Source: Candidatus Adlerbacteria bacterium
Lineage (GTDB): Bacteria; Patescibacteriota; Minisyncoccia; Phycocordibacterales; SBAW01
NCBI GenBank assembly: GCA_026397405.1
Contig: JAPLUW010000002.1
Span: 1 to 38,213 of the forward strand
Length of the DNA stretch: 38,213 nucleotides
Direction of reading: 5' to 3'
Every line of letters starts with the position of its first letter. The first letter of the stretch is position 1. Shown here piece after piece: positions 17,112 through 26,763 of the stretch. Made by a program: the position numbers and the translations under genes. Below the pieces are notes generated by a model. The model did not search any database, had not been told where the DNA came from, and worked only from the letters and a program-made list of their open reading frames with translations.

Positions 17112-18170
17112 TTAGCGCCTAGCCTGGCGCTTGGCGTTGTGACGGTCAGGGATGAAGACCCTGACCAGCCGGTTGCGAATGATGTTGACGATCTCGCCTG
17201 GAGCGAGCATGGTCTGCTCACCCTCGGCAAGCGGATTAGAACGGCTTCCGCACACGATGAGCTTCTTGCTCCCGTGCAAGTACCAGCCGCCGAAGGCCGA
17301 GTCCTTGCCGTGGGCTTGGAGGTTCTTGCCCTCGACAGAGACGTTACGCTTCTTGGCTTCGGCCTCGCGGATGTCGGCCATGACGCATTCGAGTGTCACT
17401 GTCGACATCCTGTTGACCTGGATGCCGACCATGAAGTCTTTGTCACGTTTCTTCCAGTCGAGGACGTGTGTCCACATGACCACGTCGGCACCGTTCTCAT
17501 ACGCGGCGTCGCGCAGCTGCGGACGCGTCAGAATGGTGGTGAAGCGCACCCCACCCTTAAGCTCGTTGAAGCCGGCGTGGACGGTCAAATCCTTCCGGGC
17601 CTTGACCTTCTGCTTCCACTGTCCGTAGAGCAAATCGAGGATCAGAAATGCGTTGCCGCACACCTCGCCCCAGTCGGACTCCTTGGTCTCCTTGTCGTAG
17701 AAGTGGTAATGGAGACCCTTCAGGACGTAGTGGACCGATGTGGGGTCGACCACCTCGACATTGTCGGTGGCAATGGTCATCTCGAGAATCGGCCGCAAAG
17801 CCTCATCCTCGAGCCAACCGTATTTCTTGCACATGAGCTCGAAGCTCGACGTGCGAGTATAGTCCAGCGCGTGCTGGTCGAGCTCACCGAGGCCGGTGTC
17901 CATGTGAAGGACACGGAAGCCCGCCATCTCGTCCGGCAAAAGCGTCTCGCCGGAGCGAACGAAGTGGTACGAGACCTCTTCGTTGGTGCCGACTAAGAAT
18001 CGCGTTGCAGCCCAGATGCAGACCATCGCGTCGGTATCGGGATGGAGATGAGTGACCAGCTTCCAGGGCAACTCGCCCTGTTCGAGGTTCGGCACTTCGG
18101 CCTTGAGGGCTTCGAGTGCCATACCTTTAGCGGCGTAGGCCTTTTGAACGGCCTCTTGCATGGAGTTCAT
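17112..18170 (-). CDS. DHH/MYG1-like phosphoesterase-fold protein (divergent)
   Basis: VTHLHPDTDA (motif I DxD), MDTGLGELDQH (DHH-like), SSFEL; visibly GC-richer than its neighbours. Confidence 0.6.
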   Translation of the reverse strand: MNSMQEAVQKAYAAKGMALEALKAEVPNLEQGELPWKLVTHLHPDTDAMVCIWAATRFLVGTNEEVSYHFVRSGETLLPDEMAGFRVLHMDTGLGELDQHALDYTRTSSFELMCKKYGWLEDEALRPILEMTIATDNVEVVDPTSVHYVLKGLHYHFYDKETKESDWGEVCGNAFLILDLLYGQWKQKVKARKDLTVHAGFNELKGGVRFTTILTRPQLRDAAYENGADVVMWTHVLDWKKRDKDFMVGIQVNRMSTVTLECVMADIREAEAKKRNVSVEGKNLQAHGKDSAFGGWYLHGSKKLIVCGSRSNPLAEGEQTMLAPGEIVNIIRNRLVRVFIPDRHNAKRQARR

Positions 18171-18223
18171 TTCACAACCTTGTCAATATAGAGTGTGGCT
18201 AACACCCAGGAACAACCTTTACA

Positions 18224-18252
18224 ATTGTAGCATATTTGATATCAAAAGTCAA
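18224..18252 (-). promoter_or_regulatory. sigma70-type promoter
   Basis: TTGACT-17 nt-TACAAT with extended TG. Confidence 0.8.
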
Positions 18253-18262
18253 TAGAGAATGT

Positions 18263-18300
18263 AAAAAAAGAAAGCCGCTCCAGGTGTTACTGGAGCGGCT
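18263..18300 (-). terminator. Intrinsic terminator (-)
   Basis: AGCCGCTCCAG/CTGGAGCGGCT 11-bp stem followed by TTCTTTTTTT. Confidence 0.88.
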
Positions 18301-18318
18301 GTAGTTTTGCCTTGCGGC

Positions 18319-19026
18319 TTAGCGTTTCTTCTTGGGCTTGCGGTGCTGCATGGTCTTCTCTCCCTTGGCCAAATTGACCACGTTGTCGGTCTCGCTAGCG
18401 ATTGACCAGCCTGCCGCCAGGAGGCGGTCGAGTTGTCCGTCGCCTGTGGACTGACGTGCCGGTGTGGTAGGGGCCGGCAGTGCCTTTTGTTCCGCTGGTT
18501 CTGCCTGTAGCAGCGCAGGCATGTCGATCCTCATCGCGGTGAGCGGTACGAGCACCACCGCACCCTTGAGGTGCCCCGGCGTCTTGAACGTGGTCCAATC
18601 CGCCTCGGCGTAGGGGATCTGGCTCTTTGCCTTTTCGCCGAAGCCGTAGAGCACGAAGATCGCGTGGGTCGCTGCGATGTGCATAGACGTCGGCAGGAGG
18701 TCGACATAGACGAACTTACGCCCGTCCTCCATGTCCTTCTGCCAGACCTTGGCGCGGGCGACGACCATATCGCCATAGTAGCGTTCCAGCTCCTCGGCAG
18801 TTTCGCCGTGCACGAAGAAGTTGAGTATCCCCCCGTGCACGTTGTGCTTGAACTGGAGGAAGTGGATCGTCCGACCCGCATCCTCCACCGTGCTCCTGCG
18901 TGCCTCGAGGGGCACATGAATTTGCACGACGCTGCTGCCTTCATGCAGGAGTTCCCGCTTGAGAACGGGGACGGGGATGCGCGGCGACGCGGTAGCCGTC
19001 GGAGCGACTGCATTTAAACACGTCAT
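18319..19026 (-). CDS. Hypothetical protein (ORFan-like)
   Basis: 235 aa, GC-rich codons, SD-like AGAGGA, own promoter and terminator. Confidence 0.75.
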   Translation of the reverse strand: MTCLNAVAPTATASPRIPVPVLKRELLHEGSSVVQIHVPLEARRSTVEDAGRTIHFLQFKHNVHGGILNFFVHGETAEELERYYGDMVVARAKVWQKDMEDGRKFVYVDLLPTSMHIAATHAIFVLYGFGEKAKSQIPYAEADWTTFKTPGHLKGAVVLVPLTAMRIDMPALLQAEPAEQKALPAPTTPARQSTGDGQLDRLLAAGWSIASETDNVVNLAKGEKTMQHRKPKKKR

Positions 19027-19080
19027 TTAGATATTCCTCTGAGAGATATGCCTGGCTAAAGGCGATGTACGGCCGAAAGC

Positions 19081-19109
19081 ACATTAACATAATACTTTAA
19101 TAAAGTCAA
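19081..19109 (-). promoter_or_regulatory. sigma70-type promoter
   Basis: TTGACT-17 nt-TAATGT. Confidence 0.6.
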
Positions 19110-19239
19110 ATTATTTTACATCGTTTTGCACCAACAGTATTTTCCCCGTACAATGTCCTTTATATAGAGTGCAGGGCACTATATAACCGTCGCTCGCTCG
19201 GAAATCAAAGCAAGCTTTATTTCTCTCACTCCCTAGGTT

Positions 19240-20487
19240 ATGCGCCAATCAAAACTCTTTGTAAAAACACGTCGCGAGGCACCGAAAGACGAAGTTTCTA
19301 AAAATGCACAACTGCTTATCCGCGCAGGGTACGTACATAAAGAAATGGCGGGGGTGTATTCATACTTGCCACTTGGTCGCCGCGTGCTCCAGAAGGTTGA
19401 GCAGATAATCCGCGAAGAAATGGACGCAATTGGCGGGCAGGAAATCCGCATGGCAACCCTGCACCCAAGCGAGCCGTGGAAGCAAACAGGCGCATGGGAC
19501 GGCGTTGATGTGCTGTTTAAAATAAACAGTCGCACTGAAAAGGAATATGCGCTTGGCCAAAGCGAGGAAGAAATTGTAACGCCGATAGCCGGGCAGTATG
19601 TGACGTCATACAAAGACCTGCCAGTTGCCATTTACCAGATTGGGCAAAAGTACCGTGACGAGTTGCGTGCAAAAAGTGGCATTATGCGCGGGCGTGAGTT
19701 CGGCATGAAGGACATGTACTCCTTCCATGCGACGCAAGAAGACTTTGACCGTTTTTATGCGGTTGTAAAAGGCGCGTATTTAAATGTGTACAAACGCATG
19801 GGGTTGGTTGCAAAAGTAACCGAAGCATCGGGCGGCTCATTTAGCGAAAAGATTTCCTACGAATTTGAAGTGCTCACCGACGCAGGCGAAGATGTTATTT
19901 TTTATTGCGAAAATTGCGACTTCTGTGTTGAAGATGAAATAGCAAAAGTAAAACCGGGGGAGGCGTGTCCGCGTTGTTCTGTCGGTGTGCTTAAAGAAGC
20001 AAAGTCGGTTGAAGTTGGTAACGTGTTTGACCTGGGGCAAAAATATCCAAAAGCATTTAATTTTACCTACAAAGCAGAAGATGGCACCGACCATCACCCA
20101 ATTGTTGGCTGCTTTGGTATCGGCACTACACGTTTGATGGGAACCATTGTGGAAGTATTTGCCGACGAAAAGGGGATTGTCTGGCCTGAAAGCGTGGCAC
20201 CATTCCGTGTGCACTTGATAGAGATTGCAAACGACAACGAGGATGTAAAAAAAGAAGCAGCGGAGCTGTATCGCGAACTGAACGAAGCAGGAGTGGAAGT
20301 GTTGTGGGATGACCGCGATGCGCGCGCAGGCGAGAAGTTTGCCGACAGCGAGTTGATGGGAATCCCATTGCGCGTTGTCGTGTCGGAAAAAACATTGGCC
20401 GCAGGCAAGTTCGAATGTGTGCACCGTGCAAGTGGCAAAACCGAACATAAAAGCATTACTGAACTGATAGGACACCTGACCGCATGA
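19240..20487 (+). CDS. proS: Proline--tRNA ligase (short form, no INS editing domain)
   Basis: MRQSKLF.KT, LL.RAGY, KYRDE.R...G.MRGREF.MKD.YSF, GCFGIG, DDR...GEKF.D. Confidence 0.95.
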   Translation: MRQSKLFVKTRREAPKDEVSKNAQLLIRAGYVHKEMAGVYSYLPLGRRVLQKVEQIIREEMDAIGGQEIRMATLHPSEPWKQTGAWDGVDVLFKINSRTEKEYALGQSEEEIVTPIAGQYVTSYKDLPVAIYQIGQKYRDELRAKSGIMRGREFGMKDMYSFHATQEDFDRFYAVVKGAYLNVYKRMGLVAKVTEASGGSFSEKISYEFEVLTDAGEDVIFYCENCDFCVEDEIAKVKPGEACPRCSVGVLKEAKSVEVGNVFDLGQKYPKAFNFTYKAEDGTDHHPIVGCFGIGTTRLMGTIVEVFADEKGIVWPESVAPFRVHLIEIANDNEDVKKEAAELYRELNEAGVEVLWDDRDARAGEKFADSELMGIPLRVVVSEKTLAAGKFECVHRASGKTEHKSITELIGHLTA

Positions 20488-21533
20488 GCAAAATTCTTGA
20501 CCGCCTTCTACCTTTTATATCAAACGATGTCGGCATCGACTTAGGCACCGCAAACACACTCGTGTATTTGCGGGGCAGGGGGATTGTGGTTAACGAACCG
20601 TCCGTTGTTGCCGTAAACCAAAAAACAGGCCAGGTAGTGGCTGTCGGCCGCACCGCAAAAGACATGCTGGGTCGCACACCTGGGCACTTGGTTGCGGTGC
20701 GCCCACTTGTCGACGGTGTTGTGTCGGACTTCGAAGCGACAGAAGAGATGATTGCGTATTTGATAAACCAAGCGCAGGGCGTGTCCCGCAAAATGCTGGG
20801 GCCTCGTGCAGTTATTGGTGTGCCTGCAGGTATTACCAACGTTGAAATGCGTGCCGTAAAAGATGCGGCGCAAAACGCTGGCGCGCGCGAAGTACATATT
20901 GTCGAAGAGCCTGTAGCCGCAGCACTTGGTGTGCGTATGCCCATACGCGAAGCGGTCGGCAGCATGATTGTCGACATTGGCGGAGGCACAGTAGACATCG
21001 CGGTGTTGTCTTTGGGCGGTATTGTGCGCGCTAAAAACTTGCGCAGCGCCGGCGACAAACTTAACCAAGACATCATCGGCTACGTGCGTTCGGAATTTAA
21101 AATTTTGATTGGTGAAAAAACTGCAGAAGAAGTAAAGATGGCGATAGGCTCGGTTATTGAAGGTGGCGAAAATCTGCAGGCAGTAGTGCGCGGCCGTGAC
21201 TTAATTACCGGTTTGCCACGCGAAATTATTTTGACCGACCAGGACATCCGCGAGGCAATTTCGCAGTCCATAGACACACTTGTCGACTCGGTGCGCGAAG
21301 TGCTTGAAACAACTCCGCCCGAAATTTTGTCTGACATTATGCGCTCGGGAATTACGCTGGTTGGCGGGGGTGCACTTTTGAAAGGGCTCGACCAATTGTT
21401 AACGCAATGGGTTAAAGTCCCTGTGGTTGTTGCCGACGACCCTCTTACGGCAGTTGCACGCGGCACGGGTGTGATTTTAGAAAATTTGGGATTGCATCAA
21501 GATTTACTTTTGGAATATGGCGAAGACTTTTAA
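20484..21533 (+). CDS. mreB: Rod shape-determining protein MreB
   Basis: IDLGTANT, DIGGGT, TPPE; first gene of mreBCD-mrdA. Confidence 0.96.
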   Translation: MSKILDRLLPFISNDVGIDLGTANTLVYLRGRGIVVNEPSVVAVNQKTGQVVAVGRTAKDMLGRTPGHLVAVRPLVDGVVSDFEATEEMIAYLINQAQGVSRKMLGPRAVIGVPAGITNVEMRAVKDAAQNAGAREVHIVEEPVAAALGVRMPIREAVGSMIVDIGGGTVDIAVLSLGGIVRAKNLRSAGDKLNQDIIGYVRSEFKILIGEKTAEEVKMAIGSVIEGGENLQAVVRGRDLITGLPREIILTDQDIREAISQSIDTLVDSVREVLETTPPEILSDIMRSGITLVGGGALLKGLDQLLTQWVKVPVVVADDPLTAVARGTGVILENLGLHQDLLLEYGEDF

Positions 21534-22266
21534 CACGGGTCGCGGCAGAAGGGGTGGTATGGGTGGAGCATCTGCTGCCCTTGTGTGGGGCGTAGTGTTG
21601 CTGTGTGTGTTTGGTGCGGTAGTTTTTTGGCGTGCTTCGCTTGCTGGATTTTTTTGGGACGCACTGGTGCCTCTCCAACACTTTCGTAGTGCGCTTGGCG
21701 CATCGGACACTACACGCCTGCAGGCTGAACTTGCATCAACAACGGCCCGTGTTGCCGACCGCGACGCGTTATACAAAGAAAATATAGAATTAAAAGCACG
21801 CCTCGGCCGCGACGCAGGAGTGCAAACTATTTTAGGTGGGGTCATTATGCGCCCGCCCGGCATACCGTACGACACGCTTATTATTGACGCAGGGATAGCT
21901 GAAGGAGTTACGCAGGGTCAACTTGTCTACGCGGGCGGTACTTCGCTTATAGGCACCGTGGGCCAGGTCTATGCACATACTGCGCGCGTGGTGCTCTTTT
22001 CAACAGCGGGGGAAACATACGACGTACTCCTAAAAGGGTCGGTGCCTCTTACTATGCAGGGGCAAGGCGGCGGGTCGTTTGTGGGCCAAGTCCCTGCAGG
22101 TACTTCTGTTACTGCAGGTGACACACTTGTCTTCCCTGGTGTGGCGAGTGGTTTTGCCGGAGTTGTTGTAAAAGTCGAATCACGCCAGGCCGAGTCGTTC
22201 CAAACAGTGTACGCACGGCTGCCGGTAGACCCTCTTACATTGCGCTACGTCGAGGTCCGCAAGTAA
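21517..22266 (+). CDS. mreC: Rod shape-determining protein MreC
   Basis: TM, coiled coil (ENIELKARL), beta domain (LIIDAG...GV..G); position after mreB. Confidence 0.88.
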   Translation: MAKTFNTGRGRRGGMGGASAALVWGVVLLCVFGAVVFWRASLAGFFWDALVPLQHFRSALGASDTTRLQAELASTTARVADRDALYKENIELKARLGRDAGVQTILGGVIMRPPGIPYDTLIIDAGIAEGVTQGQLVYAGGTSLIGTVGQVYAHTARVVLFSTAGETYDVLLKGSVPLTMQGQGGGSFVGQVPAGTSVTAGDTLVFPGVASGFAGVVVKVESRQAESFQTVYARLPVDPLTLRYVEVRK

Positions 22267-22271
22267 CTAGT

Positions 22272-22538
22272 ATGTTCCGCGACTCAAAACTTGTATCTGC
22301 CGCTGCAGTCCTTTTTGTACTACTTGCCTTTTTATTTTCGTGGTGGCCGTTTGCCCTTGTTGGGGTAGTGCTTGCGGCACTCTGTGGGCGCGCTGTCACT
22401 GCAGTAGTGCTGGCACTTGTGCTCGACTGCGCATACGGGGTACCAAGCGGATATGTACACGTCATATTTTTCCCCTTCACGTTTTTGGCACTATGTATTG
22501 TGTCTGCGCGCGCAGTCCTTGCGCGGCATATGCGCTAG
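22272..22538 (+). CDS. Small membrane protein, probable reduced MreD
   Basis: 88 aa, hydrophobic, LDxxxG motif, between mreC and mrdA. Confidence 0.55.
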   Translation: MFRDSKLVSAAAVLFVLLAFLFSWWPFALVGVVLAALCGRAVTAVVLALVLDCAYGVPSGYVHVIFFPFTFLALCIVSARAVLARHMR

Positions 22539-22553
22539 AAGCATACTGGGACT

Positions 22554-24239
22554 ATGCAGTTTTTTAGACGAGGACGTAAAAAAACACTTCGGAGCGAAAT
22601 ACATCCGGACGAAATCCTCATCGACTCCTCGAGTGGTGCAGAATTTAACCGCGACCAGTTTGAAGGCCGTATAGAACAGCCTCTGTCGCGACGTTCGTTT
22701 TTTCTGGCAAGCGGGTTGGTGGCACTTTTGTTGCTTGCCTATGTAGTACGCGCCGCCGACCTGCAACTTGCACACGGTGCGGCGTATGCTGAGCAAGCAA
22801 AAAATAACCAACTGACCGAGCAAACTATTTTTGCTGACCGCGGCATTATCGCCGATAGGAACGGAATCCCGCTTGCCTTTAATGAACCCGGCAGTGTTGC
22901 AGACGACTTTGCAAAACGCACCTACGCAAACTTTGCCGGTTTGGCGCACGCGGTGGGATATGTAAAAGCACCGGCAAAAGACTCGTACGGCGTGTACTAC
23001 CGCAACGCGTTTGTCGGCATCGACGGTGCAGAAAAAGCATTTAACGCACAGCTCGCGGGGAGAAATGGGTTAAAACTTTCCGAAACGGACGCAAAAGGAA
23101 AAATTATTTCAGAAAGTGTAGTGCAGCCGCCGCAGGCAGGCGAGACGCTGACACTTTCCCTCGATGCAAAAGTTACCGAAGGTCTGTACAAAGCTATTTC
23201 TGCGCGTGTCGACTCTTCAAAATTCCAAGGAGGGGCGGGAGTTATTATCGATGTTACAACAGGTGAGATTTTGGCGATGACCAGCTACCCCGAATACAGC
23301 CAAAACGGCGTAGAAAATGGTGACGCTGCGGTGCTTAAAAGTTTAAATGCCGACACTCGCCAGCCGTTTTTAAACCGTGCGACAGACGGCCTGTATGCGC
23401 CGGGCTCTATCGTAAAACCGGTTATGGGCTTGGCTGCACTGCAAGAAGGGATTATAAGTGAAACAAAACAAATTTTAAGTACGGGTTCTATAAGTGTGCC
23501 AAACCCGTACGACCCAGCGCACCCGTCTATTTTTAAAGACTGGCGTGCAAACGGGTGGGTCGACGTACAACAAGCAATTGCAGTTTCCTCCGACGTATAT
23601 TTTTATGCAGTGGGCGGTGGGTATAAAGACCAGGCGGGGTTGGGGATCGACCGCATCGACAAATATTTGAGATTGTTTGGGTTTGGGCAGGACGCGGGGC
23701 TTGCCGGCTTTAGCGAGCAAGACGGCAATATTCCAACAATTGCCTGGAAGGTGGTTGCGTTTCCTAAAGACCCAACATGGCGTTTGGGCGACACGTACCA
23801 CACAGCAATTGGCCAGTACGGTATGCAGGTGACACCGCTCCAGGCGGTGCGCGAAGCGGCAGCTGTTGCAAACGGTGGGACACTGCTAACCCCGACACTT
23901 ACCGCAAGCAGCACGCCTGCCGGTACAAAAATACACATCGACCCGCACAACTTTGACGTGGTACAAGAGGGTATGCGTATGGGTGTTACGACAGGTATTG
24001 CCCAGTCGGTAAAGTTTGACTTTGTGCACGTTGCAGCAAAAACAGGCACGGCGCAAATTGGTACACACAACCAATATTTAAATTCGTGGATGATAGGATT
24101 TTTCCCGTACGAACACCCCAAGTATGCATACGCTGTAGTGCTTGAGCGTGGGCCCGCGGGGACATTGCAAGGTGCACCTGCGGTGATGGCTGCATTTTTA
24201 CCGTGGATGAACGAAAACGCGCCGCAGTATTTAAAATAA
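22554..24239 (+). CDS. mrdA: Penicillin-binding protein 2 (class B)
   Basis: PGSIVK (SxxK), SSD (SxD), KTGT; located in the mre operon. Confidence 0.92.
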   Translation: MQFFRRGRKKTLRSEIHPDEILIDSSSGAEFNRDQFEGRIEQPLSRRSFFLASGLVALLLLAYVVRAADLQLAHGAAYAEQAKNNQLTEQTIFADRGIIADRNGIPLAFNEPGSVADDFAKRTYANFAGLAHAVGYVKAPAKDSYGVYYRNAFVGIDGAEKAFNAQLAGRNGLKLSETDAKGKIISESVVQPPQAGETLTLSLDAKVTEGLYKAISARVDSSKFQGGAGVIIDVTTGEILAMTSYPEYSQNGVENGDAAVLKSLNADTRQPFLNRATDGLYAPGSIVKPVMGLAALQEGIISETKQILSTGSISVPNPYDPAHPSIFKDWRANGWVDVQQAIAVSSDVYFYAVGGGYKDQAGLGIDRIDKYLRLFGFGQDAGLAGFSEQDGNIPTIAWKVVAFPKDPTWRLGDTYHTAIGQYGMQVTPLQAVREAAAVANGGTLLTPTLTASSTPAGTKIHIDPHNFDVVQEGMRMGVTTGIAQSVKFDFVHVAAKTGTAQIGTHNQYLNSWMIGFFPYEHPKYAYAVVLERGPAGTLQGAPAVMAAFLPWMNENAPQYLK

Positions 24240-24329
24240 GTGGATAAAAACTTGCTTTGACGTTTACCTAATTTCGGCTATACTAATGCACGCCTCGATT
24301 ACCTGCCTATTTCTTTTTAAAAACTATTT

Positions 24330-24791
24330 ATGACCGAAGAACTCATCTCGCAGGAAAAGTTTGAAGAATTAAAAAAAGAGCTGGAATTTTTACATACGAC
24401 CCGCCGCAAAGAAGTGGCAGAACAGCTCGAATACGCTCGTTCGCTCGGAGACCTTTCAGAAAATGCAGAATACCAGGAAGCGCGCGAAATGCAGGCGTCG
24501 GTTGAAGAGCGTGTACAAAAACTTGAAGCAATTTTAAAAAATGCAAAAATCGTACACGCAGGTAAAAGTGACATTGTGGGCATGGGTGGCAATGTAACGG
24601 TGCAAAAGGTAGGAGCAGACGACAAGCACACCTACATTATTGTTGGCGCTGAAGAGGCCGACATGTTGGCAGGCAAAATTTCCTACCACTCACCACTAGG
24701 TAACGCGTTGCTTGGTAAAAAGAAAGGCGACGAATTTTCGTTCCATACCCCCAAAGGAACACAGAAATATAAGATACTAAAAGTAGAGTAA
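24330..24791 (+). CDS. greA: Transcription elongation factor GreA
   Basis: GDLSENAEY, IS..SPLG.AL. Confidence 0.97.
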   Translation: MTEELISQEKFEELKKELEFLHTTRRKEVAEQLEYARSLGDLSENAEYQEAREMQASVEERVQKLEAILKNAKIVHAGKSDIVGMGGNVTVQKVGADDKHTYIIVGAEEADMLAGKISYHSPLGNALLGKKKGDEFSFHTPKGTQKYKILKVE

Positions 24792-24792
24792 C

Positions 24793-24824
24793 AAAAAAGA
24801 CCCCTCGCAAAAGGGGTCTTTTTT
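24793..24824 (+). terminator. Intrinsic (bidirectional-looking) terminator
   Basis: AAAAAAGACCCCT-CGCAAA-AGGGGTCTTTTTT. Confidence 0.9.
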
Positions 24825-24840
24825 GTTTACAATGGTCTTC

Positions 24841-26295
24841 ATGTATGACGAGATGAGGGCGGAACGTTTGCGTAAGTTGGAACTGCTGAAAGATGCGGGG
24901 ATGGAAGGCTACCCAGTGTCTACAGGGCGCTCACTTTCGGGTGGGGAATTTTTGGAAAAGTTTGAAGAACTTGTTTCTTCGGGCGGTACTGAAGTGCTTG
25001 CAGGCCGTGTGCTTTCCATACGTGGCCAGGGCGGCATTATATTTGCTGATGTTGCGGACGGTACAGCCCGCGTGCAGTTTGTGTTGGAAAAAGCAGAAAT
25101 GGGGGACGAGGCTTTTGTACTTTTTGAAAGTGCCGTAGACCAGGGCGACTTTGTTGAAGCAACAGGAGTTGCATATTTGACCAAACGCGGCCAGCAGTCG
25201 CTCAAAGTTACTTCGTGGAAGATGCTTGCGAAGTCGTTGGCACCACTACCAACCGAATGGTATGGCATCCAAGATACTGAACTAAAATTGCGCGAACGCT
25301 ACTTGGATATATTGTTAAACGAAGATTTGCGCGACATGTTTATACGTCGTGGCGCGTTTTGGCAGGCGATGCGCAACTTCCTTTTGCAGAAGAAATTTTT
25401 GGAAGTAGAAACGCCAATTCTTGAAAATTCGCCCGGCGGTGCCGACGCGCGGCCGTTTATAACCCACCACAACGCGCTCGACATGGAGGTGTATCTACGC
25501 ATTTCCGCGGGTGAGCTGTGGCAAAAGCGGCTGCTTGTTGCCGGGTTCCCTAAAGTGTTTGAAATTGGTCGTATATTCCGTAACGAAGGTCAGTCGCGCG
25601 AACATTTGCAAGACTACACCCAGCTCGAAACATACGAAGCGTATAGCGATATGAAAAAGGGCATGCAATTTATCCAAGACCTATACCGCCACATTGCGCA
25701 GGAAGTATACGGCAGGACACGTTTTACCGTGCAGGGGCACGAGTTTGACTTGGCCGACGAATGGAAGGAAATTAATTTTTGCGAAATTATTAACGAGAAA
25801 TTTGGCATCGACCCACTTACAGTTTCAGAAGATGATGCAATTGCTGCGGTACACGCACACAAGATACAAGTAGGCGAGACGCTCAACAAAGCTCGAGCAG
25901 TGGACCACTTGTGGAAAAGCATCCGTAAAACAATTTCGGGCCCGGCATTTTTGGTGGGTATCCCGGTCTACTTAGAGCCGCTTGCAAAACGATCGCCCGA
26001 AAATTCGAACGTGGTAGAACGCTGCCAGGTTTTGTTGGCAGGGTCGGAAATGGGTAAGGGCTTTAGTGAATTAAACGACCCGCAAGACCAAACGGCACGT
26101 TTTGAAGAGCAGCAAAAACTCCGCGACGGCGGCGACGACGAAGCGCAGCGTTTGGACACCGACTACATCCGCGCGATGGAGTATGGCATGCCACCTGCTT
26201 TTGGTTTTGGCATGTCGGAGCGCTTCTTTGCATTCCTTGAAAATAAGTCTGCGTACGAAACACAAATTTTCCCTCTCCTTCGTCCTAAAAATTAG
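24841..26295 (+). CDS. lysS: Lysine--tRNA ligase (class II)
   Basis: OB-fold N-terminus, EVETPIL, GGA.ARPF.THHN, FRNEG, YGMPP; TACAAT 7 nt before ATG 24841. Confidence 0.97.
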   Translation: MYDEMRAERLRKLELLKDAGMEGYPVSTGRSLSGGEFLEKFEELVSSGGTEVLAGRVLSIRGQGGIIFADVADGTARVQFVLEKAEMGDEAFVLFESAVDQGDFVEATGVAYLTKRGQQSLKVTSWKMLAKSLAPLPTEWYGIQDTELKLRERYLDILLNEDLRDMFIRRGAFWQAMRNFLLQKKFLEVETPILENSPGGADARPFITHHNALDMEVYLRISAGELWQKRLLVAGFPKVFEIGRIFRNEGQSREHLQDYTQLETYEAYSDMKKGMQFIQDLYRHIAQEVYGRTRFTVQGHEFDLADEWKEINFCEIINEKFGIDPLTVSEDDAIAAVHAHKIQVGETLNKARAVDHLWKSIRKTISGPAFLVGIPVYLEPLAKRSPENSNVVERCQVLLAGSEMGKGFSELNDPQDQTARFEEQQKLRDGGDDEAQRLDTDYIRAMEYGMPPAFGFGMSERFFAFLENKSAYETQIFPLLRPKN

Positions 26296-26303
26296 TTTTG
26301 GAT

Positions 26304-26334
26304 AAAAAAAGAAAACCACCTTACGAGAAGGCGG
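26304..26334 (-). terminator. Intrinsic terminator (-)
   Basis: Minus strand CCGCCTT-CTCGT-AAGGTGG followed by TTTTCTTTTTTT. Confidence 0.75.
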
Positions 26335-26348
26335 CGACGAACGGAACA

Positions 26349-26681
26349 TTACGAAGCTTCGGCTGGGGTAGTGCCGACTAGAACCCCGTCAGGGCAGTCT
26401 TTGCCGCCTCTGCTGATATGGGGCCCGAGTCTATACGGCTTCTTGTCGATAGTTGCTGCCCAACCCTCGTGAACACGTTTGATCGCTTCTTCGTAAGGAA
26501 GTTCTGGTGTCACTACACAGGCCGAGCCCGTGGTTTTGTCATGCCAAGTTGCTCCCGGTACTGGGGTTGGTTTATGTAGAGCGTTCCCTGCACTGAGTGC
26601 GCTGACAAGAATAAGTGCGGCGATAAGTCCGTACTCCAAGTTCATTTCTACGCTTCCCCAACAAAATAAAAAACAGAACAT
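26349..26681 (-). CDS. Small membrane-anchored protein with Flp-pilin-like segment
   Basis: SD AAGGAG before ATG 26681; LEYGLIAALILV helix; two Cys in the C-terminal part. Confidence 0.6.
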   Translation of the reverse strand: MFCFLFCWGSVEMNLEYGLIAALILVSALSAGNALHKPTPVPGATWHDKTTGSACVVTPELPYEEAIKRVHEGWAATIDKKPYRLGPHISRGGKDCPDGVLVGTTPAEAS

Positions 26682-26763
26682 TTCGAACTCCTTTTTAGTT
26701 GTACTACGCATGGTTTCTGTGTGTCAAATAAACCGTGAAGTTCGTAGCTTTATGAAGCTTTTA

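Noticed and set aside
17139-17996. 285-aa plus-strand ORF
   Set aside because: Antisense shadow of the GC-rich gene 17112..18170; the promoter, SD and terminator all support the minus strand
24240-24248. AGTGGATAA as a DnaA box or origin signal
   Set aside because: Single one-mismatch box with no cluster or unwinding element; insufficient for oriC
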